Shown: positions 18,900 through 30,057 of the stretch, piece after piece
How positions within the stretch are numbered: the stretch's first letter is position 1
Layout: each line of letters opens with the position of its first letter
NCBI GenBank assembly: GCA_963750165.1
Contig: CAVVPN010000003.1
Span: forward strand, 256,001 to 320,000
Direction: 5' to 3'
DNA from: an uncultured Gemmataceae bacterium
GTDB taxonomy: Bacteria > Planctomycetota > Planctomycetia > Gemmatales > Gemmataceae
DNA length: 64,000 nucleotides
The notes under the pieces: generated by a model
Told to the model about the DNA's origin: nothing
Database searches by the model: none
The model's input: the letters and a program-made list of their open reading frames with translations, nothing else
Program-made: the position numbers and the translations under genes

Positions 18900-21116
18900 A
18901 TGTTATTCCATTCCTGGGTGCATACACTGCGATCCGTTCTCACCCGCCGCAGGACCAAGGACCGGCACGGGCAAACACCGCTCCGACGACCGCTGGGACG
19001 TTGGCGGCCGTGCCTCGAAGCGCTGGAGGACCGCACCGTGCCGTCCATCGCTGGGAGCCTCGACCCCACCTTCGGCGCGGGTGGGAAAGTCCTCACGGAT
19101 TTCGGCGGCAGTCTTTCCAACGCGACCAGTACAGCGATCCAGTCCGACGGCAAGATCGTCGTGGCAGGAACCGCCGTCAACAGCGCGAGCGATAACTCTA
19201 AATTCGCGGTGGCCCGCTACAACAGCGACGGCAGCCTGGACGCCACCTTCAACGGCACCGGCAAAGTCCTGACGGACTTCCCCTCCCAGCTCAGATTTGC
19301 GTTTGCGAGCAGCGTCGCGATCGAATCCGACGGCAAGATTATCGTGGTGGGCCAGTTTGATCGCATCGGAGGCTACGACGGGGTGGTGGTCCGTTACAAC
19401 GGCGACGGCAGTCTGGACACCACCTTCAACGGCACAGGCGAAGTCACCACCCGCTTCGCCAACTGCTTCTACGATGAGAATACTGGAGTCGCCATCCAGT
19501 CCGACGGTAAGATCGTCGTGGCGGGCGAGACCGCAGACGGAACCAACTCGTGGGGCTACGTGGTCCGCTACAACGCAGACGGGAGCCAGGACACGACTCT
19601 CAACGCCTCCCTCGTCCAGTCGGATGATGTGTCCGGCCTCGCCATCCAATCCGACGGCAAGATCGTCGTGGCGGGATCGAGATTCGTCAACGGTGGTGAT
19701 TTCGATTTCGCGGTGGTCCGCTACGACAGCGACGGCAGTTTGGACACCACGTTCAATGGCACTGGCCAAAAGCTCATTGACTTTGGCGTCGAGAGCCTCG
19801 CGAATAGCCTGGCCATCCAACCCGACGGCAAGATTGTCGTGGCGGGATATGATCTTCCCGCCGTGGGCCCCGTGATCCCCTCCGTGAGCTTCGCCGTGGC
19901 CCGCTGCAACAGTGATGGGAGCCTGGACGCCACCTTCAACGGCACCGGGGAGGTCACCACCGACTTCGGCAGCGCCCAGTCCATGGCCACCGGCGTGGCC
20001 ATCCAGTCCGACGGCAGAATCGTCGTGGCGGGCTACACCCAAGACGCCCCCTTCGCCCAGAAATTCGCGCTGGCGCAGTACAACCCCGATGGGAGCCTGG
20101 ACACCAACTTCAACGACACGGGCGAGGTCACTACGGCCGTCGGCGGCGGCAATTCCACCGCTGCGAGCCTGGCCATCCAGTCCGACGGCAATATTGTCGT
20201 CGCAGGGGATGGAGCAAACGACGGCGCAGGCGCCAGTGATTTCGCCGTGGCGCGGTACCTCGACCCGCTGACCTTCATGGCGAACAGCCTCGATTCCAGC
20301 GGCTCCGGTTCGCTGGGGCAATACGTGCAGGAGAACAACCAGCTCGGCGGGGGCAACGTCATCCTCCTGCAGACCAGCGCCGGCTTCACGCCCGCGGCTG
20401 TCATCCAGGCTGTCAACGCGCTAACCGGCGTCAGCCAGCCGGTCACCATCGTCCTGGACCTCGGCGGCGGCACCTACTCCACCAACGGCGTCGTCTATGG
20501 CCCCAGCGACCCCACCACTGCACAGAATGTGACCTGGATCGTCCAAAATGGCGTGCTTGACCCGAGCCTTCCTGCCCTGACGGTGGGAGGCGGCCATGTG
20601 ATCGTCCAGAACTGCACCCTGACCACAACCGGGGACGCTCCGACCATCCTGGTCACCGGCGGCAACCTGACCCTGCAGAACGACATCGTACAGGAATCGA
20701 CCGGCTACAACGACGCGGCCATCAAGATCACCGGCGGTTCGCTGGACCTGGCGGGGGGAAACACTCTCAACCTCAACGGGGCCGGCCAGTTTATCGTCAG
20801 CACGGGGCCAAGCCTCGTGACGGCAGCCGGCACCACTTACCAGATCAATGGCGTCACGCTACCGACCAACGAGATCGACGATCTCATCGCGCAGGTCGCC
20901 ACGCTCAACCTGAACAGCGGGCAGCAGAACAGCCTGACGAGCACGTTGCAGGCGGCCGAGCAGTCCTTGCTACGGGCCAACACCACAGCGGCGGTCAATC
21001 AGCTCAACGCCTTCATTCACCAGGTCAACGCCCTGGTGAACAGCCACCGCCTCGGCCAGTGCAGCGCTGACGACCTGATCACGGACGTGGACAGCATCGT
21101 CAGCGACATCCCATAA
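18900..21116 (+). CDS. Extracellular delta-60-repeat (beta-propeller) protein with planctomycete-type leader
   Basis: Arg-rich leader followed by LEALEDRTVPS; about 7 repeats of AIQSDGKIVVAG...ARYNSDGSLD.TFNGTG; helical C-terminal domain. Confidence 0.85.
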   Translation: MLFHSWVHTLRSVLTRRRTKDRHGQTPLRRPLGRWRPCLEALEDRTVPSIAGSLDPTFGAGGKVLTDFGGSLSNATSTAIQSDGKIVVAGTAVNSASDNSKFAVARYNSDGSLDATFNGTGKVLTDFPSQLRFAFASSVAIESDGKIIVVGQFDRIGGYDGVVVRYNGDGSLDTTFNGTGEVTTRFANCFYDENTGVAIQSDGKIVVAGETADGTNSWGYVVRYNADGSQDTTLNASLVQSDDVSGLAIQSDGKIVVAGSRFVNGGDFDFAVVRYDSDGSLDTTFNGTGQKLIDFGVESLANSLAIQPDGKIVVAGYDLPAVGPVIPSVSFAVARCNSDGSLDATFNGTGEVTTDFGSAQSMATGVAIQSDGRIVVAGYTQDAPFAQKFALAQYNPDGSLDTNFNDTGEVTTAVGGGNSTAASLAIQSDGNIVVAGDGANDGAGASDFAVARYLDPLTFMANSLDSSGSGSLGQYVQENNQLGGGNVILLQTSAGFTPAAVIQAVNALTGVSQPVTIVLDLGGGTYSTNGVVYGPSDPTTAQNVTWIVQNGVLDPSLPALTVGGGHVIVQNCTLTTTGDAPTILVTGGNLTLQNDIVQESTGYNDAAIKITGGSLDLAGGNTLNLNGAGQFIVSTGPSLVTAAGTTYQINGVTLPTNEIDDLIAQVATLNLNSGQQNSLTSTLQAAEQSLLRANTTAAVNQLNAFIHQVNALVNSHRLGQCSADDLITDVDSIVSDIP

Positions 21117-21125
21117 CCGAACCCG

Positions 21126-21153
21126 GTGGGGCGGCGCCCGCGGGCGCCGCTCC
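21126..21153. repeat. Single REP-like hairpin (GTGG foot), possible terminator
   Basis: GTGG-GGCGGCGCCC-GC-GGGCGCCGCT directly after the stop at 21116. Confidence 0.5.
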
Positions 21154-21251
21154 AGCCATTTTTCCATTTTCTAGAATTTCGATATCTTTTTGCTCGACCC
21201 CAGTTTAGCATCATGCGCTGGAAATCGCCCCAACACCAGGAACCCTTCGCC

Positions 21252-23484
21252 ATGTCACGCCTCCGCTTCCTCCTGACGTTCGCGCTGCTGACCGTGGCGG
21301 CCGATGCCACTGTCGCCCAGGGCCAGCCCCCCGCCAAGGACCCGCACGGCGACCCGTTGCCCGCAGGGGCCGTCGCCCGCCTGGGTACGATCCGCTTCCG
21401 CCACGAGGGCACCATCCTGTACGCCGCCTTCCTGAAGGACGGCAAACGTGTCTTTTCCGTCGGCAGCGACGGCACCGCCTGTGTCTGGGAATTTCCCTCG
21501 GGCAAACGGCTCCACTTTTTTGAAACGCACCCCGCGAAGGAGCGACTTGCTGGAACGGCGGTCCGCCTCACGAGCACGTCGCTGTCGCCGGACGGCAAGC
21601 ACCTGACCGCGTTCAGCAGCGACGGGTTCCTGCACATTTTTGACCTGGTCAACGCCAAACAACTCGGCAAGGTGGCCAACGCAATCGAACCCGCGGCCGG
21701 CCCGGATCGCTACGTGAGCCCGAGCGGCCTCGTACGGGCGTCGCGCTCACGCTACCTCCAGGGCCAGCAAAGCCCCGTTTACTCGCCCGACTCCAAAACC
21801 CTCCTGCTAACGGGATCGTCCCGGGTGCTGCAATTTGTGGACCTCGCCACCGCCAGGGAAGTGGGCCCGCCGGTGGGCCACGCCGTGGCGCTGACCGCGG
21901 TCCGGTTCACGCCCGACGGCCGGCAACTGTTGACGAAGGACGACCAGACGATCCGCAGATGGGACGCCGCCACCAGGAAGCTGCTGGGGGCGATGACCCC
22001 AAAACTGCCTCCCAGCGCGGGGGTCGCGCCGGTCTACAGCGCCGATGGCAAGGTCGGCGCCATGGTGGTCAACTTCGTCGATGCCTGGGGGCCGGGCATG
22101 GGGGGCCCGGGAGGCTTCGGGGGCGTCATGTCGCAGAAGGTCGTCCTGTTCGACGCCGTCGCCGGCAAGGCCCTCGGTGAGATCGCCCTGGAGCAGGACA
22201 ACGGCCCAGGGTTCGGCCCCATCAATCGCAGCAGGCCCCTGCTGCTGTCGCCCGACGGCAAACTACTGGCGGTCAGCCTCGGTAGCGACAACAACGGCAA
22301 GGAGCGGATTGGCTGTTACGAGGTCCCCAGCGGGAAGTTGCTGCACACCCTCGACGTCGGTGTCGCGGCCAACGCGAAGCAACCCGGGAAACTACCCGCC
22401 CGGCTTCGGTTCGCCGCCGCCACGCAGCGGCTGTTGTTTGCGCCCAACGGCCAGGTGCTCGCCGTGCAACCCGCCACGGGGGCCGCGGTGTTGCTGTTCG
22501 ACACCACGACCGGCAAAACCATCGTCTCGATCCCCCCCACGAAGGAGAGCGCACGGCCATGCTGGGCATCTTCTCACCGGACCAGCGCTGTCTCGCCCTG
22601 GCCAGGAAGGACGGCGCGGTGACGCTGTACGAAATTGCCACCGGGCAGCCGCGCCGCACGTTCGGACACAAACTGACCCCGGCGGTCAAGGATGATTTGC
22701 CAGACGATATGTATTACACTCCGTACTATGCCCTGCCCCAGGCCAAATCAGAGGGGAATTTCGCCCTCTCGCCGGACGGTCGGTTGCTGGCCCTCGCCGG
22801 CGCCGACGGCAGCATTCCCGTGCTGGATGCGTTCACCGGCAAGGAGTTGGCCCACTTCCGGGGCCACACCGGGGTCGTCAACGCCCTGGCGTTCGCCCCC
22901 GACGGCAAGACGCTGGTTTCGGCCAGCGCGGACACCACCGCCCTGGTCTGGGACGTGAGCAAGCTCAAGCGTCTTACGGCGGCCGCCAAGGCGCCGTCTC
23001 CGGCGGAGCTGACGGCCTGGTGGCAGGCCCTGGCCGATAGTGACAGCGGCAAGGCTTTCGCGGTGATGGGCGACTTCGTGGCTGCGCCAAACAGGCCGTG
23101 GCCTTTCTCCGGGAGCAGGTCAAACCAGCCGCGCTGCCCGCCCCGAAACGCCTCGCGGAATTGTTCGCGCAACTGGACGACAAGTCCTTCAAGGTACGCG
23201 ACAGGGCCACCCGGGAGTTGCTTGCGGTCGGCGATTTGCTAGTGCCCGTCCTCGACAAGGCGTTGGCCGCCAATCCGCCGCGGGAAGTCCGGCAGCGCAT
23301 GGAAACCCTGCGCGACAAGCTGACGAGCCCGCTCCTGCAGGGTGAACGGCTGCGCGGCGTCCGGGCGGTGGAACTCCTGGAGTGCATCGGCACGCCGGAA
23401 GCCCGACAGCTGCTGCAAGCGCTGGCCAAGGGCGCGCCTGGGTCGCTGGTCACTACCAACGCTCAGGCGGCGTTGAAACGATGA
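21252..23484 (+). CDS. Exported WD40-repeat protein, split by two apparent -1 frameshifts (~22550 and ~23088)
   Basis: Signal peptide plus [22 protein letters not shown]. Three overlapping track ORFs join into one WD40 protein with a helical C-terminus (RAVELLECIGTPEAR). Confidence 0.75.
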
Positions 23485-23493
23485 GCGAACCGC

Positions 23494-23526
23494 CTTCCGT
23501 AGTGCGAGCGGCCCGCACTACGGAAG
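23494..23526. terminator. 13-bp hairpin between convergent genes
   Basis: CTTCCGTAGTGCG / CGCACTACGGAAG; includes a GTAG foot. Confidence 0.5.
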
Positions 23527-23585
23527 TGCAAGCTCACCGTTTGCCGTGCCGCATCAGCGCCAGCAGCCCCTGAATGTGGCAGCGG

Positions 23586-25808
23586 CTACTTCACCTTCAG
23601 CGTGTACGGCCCCGCGGTCTTCGGGGCGAACGACGTGACAATGATGCGGTAATAGCCGTCCGCCGGTGCGTCGAAGACGATGCGGGCGTTGGGGTAGCCG
23701 CCGCCGTCGTCGTCCTGGGCCAGCTGCTTGCCCTGGGCGTCCTCCAGGCGCAGGAAATTGTCCCACGGCGCAATCAGGTCGATGGTGTAGCGCTGGCCGG
23801 CCTTCATGAAATAGGTGTGAACCACGGCGTAGTGCCCGACGCGCACCTTGTCGGTCGGGTCGCCCGGCGTGAGGACGCCCTGGACCTCGAAGCCCTTCTG
23901 CTTGGGGTCGGCGTTGATCTGCGTCAGCGCCGCCGCGGCGAGCTTGCGCACGTTGTCATCGCCGTCCTGCGTCGCCTTCTTGAGGGCGTCCGCGGCGGCC
24001 TTGGCGTCGGGGCCGATGTTGCCCAGGGCGCGGGCGGCGTTCAGGCGCGTGCGCGGTTGCGCGTCGGCCAGCGCCCGGATCAACTCCGGCACCGCATCCT
24101 TCGCGCGCGGCCCGACCATCGCCAGCGCCTGCACGCACACCAAACGCAGGCCGGGCGCTTTTTCGTTGCGGAGCAGCGTTGCCAGGTCGCTGACCGACTC
24201 CGGCCCGATCTGGAAGAAAATCTCCGCCCCCTGGTCGTGCAGGTTGGTGTCCTTGTGGCGCAGCACCTTGAGCGCCACCGGCAGCAGCGTTTTGGCGTCC
24301 GCGACCTTGCGGAGCGTCTGCAGCGCCTGGGCGCGGACGGCGTCGTCGCGGTCGTCCAGGGCGGCCGTCAGCGCCGGCACCGCCCTGGCCGCCTTGGGGC
24401 CGTAGGGGGCGATGGCCTCCGCGGCCTGACGGCGGACACTGGCCACGTCATTCTTGAGCCCTTCGAGGAAGATCGGCAGCACCTCGTCCGCCTTGAGACC
24501 GCGGTTGGCCAGGGAGTAGGCCGCCTGCATGCGCAGGGCCGCGTTCTTCTCCTTGAGCCCCGCCACCAGCACCGGCTCGGCCAGGGCGATCTCCACGCCC
24601 AGCGCGGTCATGAGGCTGGCGGTGGGAATGCGGATGGCCGGGTTGGTGTGGGCCAGCGCCTTCTTCAGGCCGGGCCGCGGGTCGGCGCCCAGGCCGGTCA
24701 GCACGTGGAACGCCTCGACACGCAGCTTCGGGTCCAGGTCCACCAACAGGCCGCTGACATACGGCTCGGCCAACTTGGCGCCGGTGCCCATGCCACGCAG
24801 CGCCTGCAGGGCGGCGAACTTCACCTGTGAATCCGCGTCCTTGAGAGCGTAGCCCAGGCCGATGACGACCATCTTGTCGCGCACCTGCAAAGCGCCGAGC
24901 AGGCCGGCGGCGGTGCGGCGCACGTCGGTGTATTTGGCGCCCAGCAGGTCCACGAGGGCGGGCACCGCGGGAGCGCCGATCTTGTGCAGCGACCGCAGCG
25001 CCAGACCGCGGACGGCAGCGTCCTCATTGCCGGCAGCCGCGGTCAGCACCCGGACGGCCCTGGCGCCGATGCCGGCCAGGGCGTCCGCGGCCGGCTCGGC
25101 GGCGCCCTTCGCCGGCTCCAGCAGCAGGGCTTTCAGCTGGGGGATGGCCGACTCCGCGGCGGGGCCGATGTCGCCGAGGGTCTTGATCGCCAGGTTGCGC
25201 AGGGCCGCCTTGTCGCTGTCGAGGACTTTTACCAGGACGGGCACTGCCGCCGGACCCAGCTGCGGCAGCGCCGCGGCCGCCGCCTGACGCACGTCTTCGT
25301 CCTTGTCTTCCAGCGCCTTGACCAGCGCGGCGACGGCCGGCCCTGGATCGGGGTTGATGCGGCCCAGGGCGAACACGGCCTTGCGCCGCACTGATGCCGC
25401 CGGGTCAGCCAGCGCCTTGACGACCGCCGCCGTGGCTGACCGGGCCTTCGGCCCGACGAACGCCAGGCCCCAGGCGGCGTACAGGCGCACGTCCTCGTCC
25501 TTCGCGGTGAGCAGTTCGGTCAGCGGCGCCACGGCGGGCGTGCCGATCTTGCCCAGGACGATGGCTGACTGCAAGCGCGTGAATTCGTCCTTGTTCGCCA
25601 GCAGGTCGATCAGGGCCGGCGTGGCGTCCGCGGCCTTCGGGCCGAGCGCCTCCAGCGCCTGCAGAGCGGCGGTGCGCTGCGGTTCACCCTTTTTGAGATC
25701 GGCGATGAGGGCCTTGACTTTCTGGTCGCCGGCCGCGGCCGGCGCGACGGCGGCAAACGATACGCTCAGGCTGAGCAGCACGGGCACGAGCAGCGGATGG
25801 CGGCGCAT
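23586..25808 (-). CDS. Exported HEAT-repeat protein with C-terminal PPC-like domain
   Basis: Signal peptide; many 'L..AL.D.D..VR..AA.ALG.IG' repeats; C-terminal DNFLRLED..G..LAQDDDGGG..NARI. Confidence 0.88.
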   Translation of the reverse strand: MRRHPLLVPVLLSLSVSFAAVAPAAAGDQKVKALIADLKKGEPQRTAALQALEALGPKAADATPALIDLLANKDEFTRLQSAIVLGKIGTPAVAPLTELLTAKDEDVRLYAAWGLAFVGPKARSATAAVVKALADPAASVRRKAVFALGRINPDPGPAVAALVKALEDKDEDVRQAAAAALPQLGPAAVPVLVKVLDSDKAALRNLAIKTLGDIGPAAESAIPQLKALLLEPAKGAAEPAADALAGIGARAVRVLTAAAGNEDAAVRGLALRSLHKIGAPAVPALVDLLGAKYTDVRRTAAGLLGALQVRDKMVVIGLGYALKDADSQVKFAALQALRGMGTGAKLAEPYVSGLLVDLDPKLRVEAFHVLTGLGADPRPGLKKALAHTNPAIRIPTASLMTALGVEIALAEPVLVAGLKEKNAALRMQAAYSLANRGLKADEVLPIFLEGLKNDVASVRRQAAEAIAPYGPKAARAVPALTAALDDRDDAVRAQALQTLRKVADAKTLLPVALKVLRHKDTNLHDQGAEIFFQIGPESVSDLATLLRNEKAPGLRLVCVQALAMVGPRAKDAVPELIRALADAQPRTRLNAARALGNIGPDAKAAADALKKATQDGDDNVRKLAAAALTQINADPKQKGFEVQGVLTPGDPTDKVRVGHYAVVHTYFMKAGQRYTIDLIAPWDNFLRLEDAQGKQLAQDDDGGGYPNARIVFDAPADGYYRIIVTSFAPKTAGPYTLKVK

Positions 25809-25899
25809 GGCGGACGTTCCTTCTTGAAAGCTAGGTGATGGGAAGCGCGGTTTATGTTATTGACGTACCAAGCCCCGCGGCAGTTTTTGTTTCTGGTCG

Positions 25900-25952
25900 G
25901 AGCCCGAGCGCCAGCGCGGGGCAGACTTGGCTCCGCGCTGGCGCTCGGGCTC
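25900..25952. repeat. REP-doublet-like palindrome
   Basis: GAGCCCGAGCGCCAGCGCGG ... CCGCGCTGGCGCTCGGGCTC just after the pyc stop. Confidence 0.75.
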
Positions 25953-25960
25953 GGACCCGG

Positions 25961-28900
25961 TTACTGCACGTCGTAGCGCAGCAGCAAATCGCCCGCCTCC
26001 ACCTGCGAGCCGGCTCGCACCAGCACCTCGCCGACGCGGCCGGACTTCTCGGCGTAGACGGTCGTCTCCATCTTCATCGCCTCGAGCGTCATCAGCTTCT
26101 GGCCGCCGACCACCTGCTCGCCTGGCGCCACGGTCACGCTGACCACCAGCCCCGGCATCGGCGCCGCGACGTGATCGCGGTTGCTCGGCTCCGCCTTGGG
26201 GTGCGCCTTCGCCGCGCCGCTCAGCTTGCGGTCCTGCACCAATACCTCGCGCGGCTGGCCGTTCAGCTCGAAGAACACCAGGCGCCGGCCGTCCTCGTGC
26301 GGGTCGCCGACCGTCAGGAACTTGATGATGAGCGTTTTGCCCTCTTCAATGTTGACGCTGACCTCCTCGCCCGGCTGCAGGCCGTAGAAGAACACGCCGG
26401 TCGGCAACACGCTGGTGTCGGAGAACTTCTTCTGATGCGCCACGAACTCCGGGAAGATGCGCGGATACATCAGGTACGTCATCAGGTCGCGGTCGTTGAC
26501 CGGCCGGCCGACCTGCTCCTGCACCTGCCGCCGCGTCGCTTCGAGGTCCACCGGCGGCAGCGACGCCCCGGGCCGTTCGGTGATCGGCGGCCGGCCGCGC
26601 AGCACACGTTGCCGCAGCGGCTCTGGGAAGCCGCCGTAGGGCTGACCGAGTTTGCCCTGGAAGAATTCGACCACCGACTCGGGGAACGCCAACTCACGGT
26701 CACCGTGGATCACCTCGTCCGGCGTCAGCTGGTTGGCGACCAGGAACAGGGCCATGTCGCCGACCACCTTCGACGACGGCGTTACCTTGATGATGTCGCC
26801 AAACAGCTTGTTCACTGCGGCGTACATCAAGCGCACTTCCGCCCAGCGGTGACCGACGCCCAGCGCCGCCGCCTGCTGATACAGGTTCGTGTACTGGCCG
26901 CCGGGCATCTCGTGGCGGTACACCTCGGCGCTGGCGCCAGCTGGCCGGTCTCGAACGGCGCGTACAGGCGACGCACGGCCTCCCAGTAGTCGGCGGTTTC
27001 CTGCAGCCGCGCGAAGTCCAGGCCGGTGTCGCGTTCGGTGAATCGCAGGCACTCGACCAGGGTGTTCAGGCTGGCCTGGCTGGTCACGCCCGAGAGCGGC
27101 GCCATGGCCGCGTCCACGACATCGACGCCCTGCTCGGACGCCTGCAACAGCGTGGCGATCTGGCCGCCGGCCGAGTCGTGCGTGTGCAGGTGGATGGGGA
27201 TGCCGATTTCCTGTCGCAGCGTCCGCACCAGTTGCTGGGCGGCATAGGGCTTCAGCAGACCCGCCATATCCTTGATGCCGAGCAGGTTCGCCCCGAGTTT
27301 TTCCAGCTCTTTTGCCAGGTTGACGTAATACTTGAGGTCGTACTTGGTACGTTTCGGGTCGAGAATATCGCCTGTGTAGCAGATGGCGGGCTCGGCGAGC
27401 ATACCCTGTTCACGCACCGCCTCGACGGCCAGGCGCAGGTTCGGCAGCCAGTTGAGCGAGTCGAAAATGCGGAACAGGTCGATACCGCCGGCGGCCGCCT
27501 CCTTGATGAAGGCACGCACAACGTTGTCGGGATAGTTGGCGTAGCCGACGGCGTTGTTGCCGCGCAGCAACATCTGGAAGAGGATGTTCGGCACGCGCGT
27601 CCGCAGTTCCAGCAAGCGCTGCCAGGGGTCTTCCTTGAGGAAGCGCAGGGCGGTGTCGAAGGTGGCGCCGCCCCACATTTCCAGCGAGAACAGGCCGGCG
27701 TGCGCCACGGCATAGCGCGGGGCGATTTGCAACATGTCATAGGTGCGCATGCGCGTCGCCAGCAGCGACTGGTGGGCGTCGCGGAAGGTGGTGTCGGTGA
27801 CCAGCAGCCGCCGTTGCTCGCGCACCCAGCCGGCGAAGCCCTCCGGCCCCAGCTCCATGAACTTGTCGCGCGTGCCGACGACAGCTGGCGTCCGGTACGG
27901 CACCGGCATCGGTTCCGCAACGCCGACCCGCGGCGGCGGCGTCCGCACCTCGGGGTGGCCGTTGACGATGACCTCGGCGATGTACGTCAGCAGTTTTGTG
28001 GCCCGGTCCTGCCGTTGCGGGAACTGGTACAGCTCCTGCGTCTCGTCGATGTACTTCGTGTGGAAGCGGCCATGAAGAAAGTCGTCGTCGGTGACCAGGT
28101 TGATGAGGAACGGAATGTTGGTTTTGACGCCGCGGACGCGGAATTCCTGCAGGCAGCGCTCCATGCGGCGGGCGGCGTCGGCGAAGCGCAGGCCGTGGGC
28201 GGTCACCTTGACGAGCAGTGAGTCGTAGAAGGGCGTGATAACGGCGCCGCTGAAGGCGGTGCCGGCGTCAAGGCGGATGCCCAGGCCGCTGGCGGAGCGG
28301 TAGTGCGTCAGCCGGCCGTAGTCCGGGATGAACTTGTTGGTCGGGTCCTCGGTGGTGACGCGGCACTGGAGGGCGCAGCCGTGCGGCACCACGCGGTCCT
28401 GCGCTCCCAGGCCGATCTCCGGGTCGCTCAGCGGCTGGCCCTGGGCGATGAGGATCTGGCTGCGCACCAGGTCGAAGCCGGTGATTTCCTCGGTGACGGT
28501 GTGCTCGACCTGGATGCGCGGGTTGACCTCGATGAAGTAAAAATCGCCGCGGTCGATGTCGTACAGGAACTCGACGGTGCTGGCGTTGTCGAGACGCACC
28601 GCCTGGCCGACCGTCAGGGCCGCGTCGAGGATGCGTTGCCGGGTGGCGTCGTCGAGGAACAGCGCCGGGGCGATCTCCACCACCTTCTGATGGCGGCGCT
28701 GCAGCGAGCAGTCGCGCTCGAACAGGTGGACAAGGTTGCCGTGGTGGTCGCCGAGCAGCTGCACCTCGATGTGGCGGGCACGCAGGATGAATTTCTCCAG
28801 GAACACGTCGGCGATACCGAAGGCGGTGCCGGCCTCACGGCGTGCCTGCTCGATGGCCTCGTCGAGCTGCTCGGCGCCCTGGGCCACGCGCATGCCGCGG

Positions 28901-29433
28901 CCACCGCCGCCCATCGACGCCTTGACGATCACCGGATAGCCGAGCTTTTTGGCCAGGGCGTGCGCCGCGGGGCCGGGCGTGGTGGGCGTGTCGCCGCCGG
29001 AGAGCACCGGCACGCCGGCCTGCTGGGCGATGCGGCGGGCCGCCAGCTTGTCGCCGAGCTGCCGCAGCACCTCGACACGCGGGCCGACGAAGATGATGCC
29101 CGCCTCGGCACACGCCTCGGCGAACGCGGGGTTCTCGGACAGGAAGCCGTAGCCGGGATGGATGGCGTCCACTTCATGCTGTTGCGCCAGGGCGACGAGG
29201 CCGGGGATGTCGAGGTAGGAGCGTAGCGGCTCGCCCGGTTTGCCGACACGGTACGCCTCGTCGGCCTTGAAGCGGTGCAGGGCGAAGCGGTCCTCGTGAG
29301 CGTAGATGGCCACGGTGCGGATGCCCAGCTCGTGGGCGGAGCGGAAGACGCGGATGGCGATCTCACTGCGGTTGGCGGCCAGCAGTTTGCGGATCGGCCG
29401 GGCAGTGGGGGGTGAAACGGCGGCCTCGGACAT
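25961..29433 (-). CDS. pyc: Pyruvate carboxylase (one apparent -1 frameshift near 26935)
   Basis: ANRSEIAIR and HPGYGFLSEN (biotin carboxylase); RDAHQSL, EMWGGATFD and HTHD (carboxyltransferase); HEMPGGQYTNL and EAMKM (biotin carrier) in the downstream frame. The 3473-nt span is 3n+2. Confidence 0.95.
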
Positions 29434-29649
29434 GATCGGCGGTCCCTTGGTGCGAAGGCGATGTCTCCAGGGGGTATCCTAGAGCAAACCGGGACCGGAG
29501 GTTAGATGGGCGGATGCGACTGGTGTTTCCGAGTTCGAGTGACAGGGGCATTGCGACAAGGCGAAAAAATGTTACGTTGCCCCGCGAACGTTCTCGACCG
29601 GTGCGCCGCTGGTCCTGGAGCTAAGAGAAACAGGAAGGAGTTGCGGGCG

Positions 29650-30054
29650 ATGAACGGAATTCATCCCGTGGTCCGGTATTTGATCCTGTGTGAAGACGTG
29701 CGCAACGATCCAGGTAACTCCGCGCACATCACCCTGGTGGGACTCCTCAGCACCATCCGTTCCCGGGCAACGCCTCCCTTCCCCTTGATATTTCCCGAAG
29801 TTTGTGTGTTCCTGCAACTGACCGAATGCCGCGGTTCGGCGGCGATTCGTGTTGAGCTGGTGCATGCGGATTCCGGCCAGACCCAGTTTCGTACGCCAAC
29901 GCGAACGGTGTCCTTCGGAAACGATCCCCTGGCGTTGCTCGGCCTCACCTTCCGTTTGAAAAATCTGTTGTTTCCGGTTGCCGGTTTGTACTGGGTGCAG
30001 TTCTGTTACAATGACCGAGTGCTTGCCCAGCAACCACTTTTGTTGGAGGGATAG
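29650..30054 (+). CDS. Hypothetical protein (DUF6941-like)
   Basis: AAGGAG RBS; LILCEDVR, TLVGL and F..AGLYWVQF motifs; codon usage looks lower in GC than neighbours. Confidence 0.65.
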   Translation: MNGIHPVVRYLILCEDVRNDPGNSAHITLVGLLSTIRSRATPPFPLIFPEVCVFLQLTECRGSAAIRVELVHADSGQTQFRTPTRTVSFGNDPLALLGLTFRLKNLLFPVAGLYWVQFCYNDRVLAQQPLLLEG

Positions 30055-30057
30055 CCC

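Noticed and set aside
19130..20260. Regularly spaced nucleotide repeats suggesting a CRISPR array
   Set aside because: They are in-frame delta-60 protein repeats of ~160 nt with synonymous variation. There are no unique spacers and no cas genes.
23533..23574. Minus-strand IQGLLALMRHGKR* resembling an orphan gene tail
   Set aside because: Too short to distinguish from chance without a search.
26920..26950. Programmed ribosomal frameshift in pyc
   Set aside because: No slippery heptamer is present. One missing C restores L-A-P-S-A-E-V, matching the error pattern in other genes.
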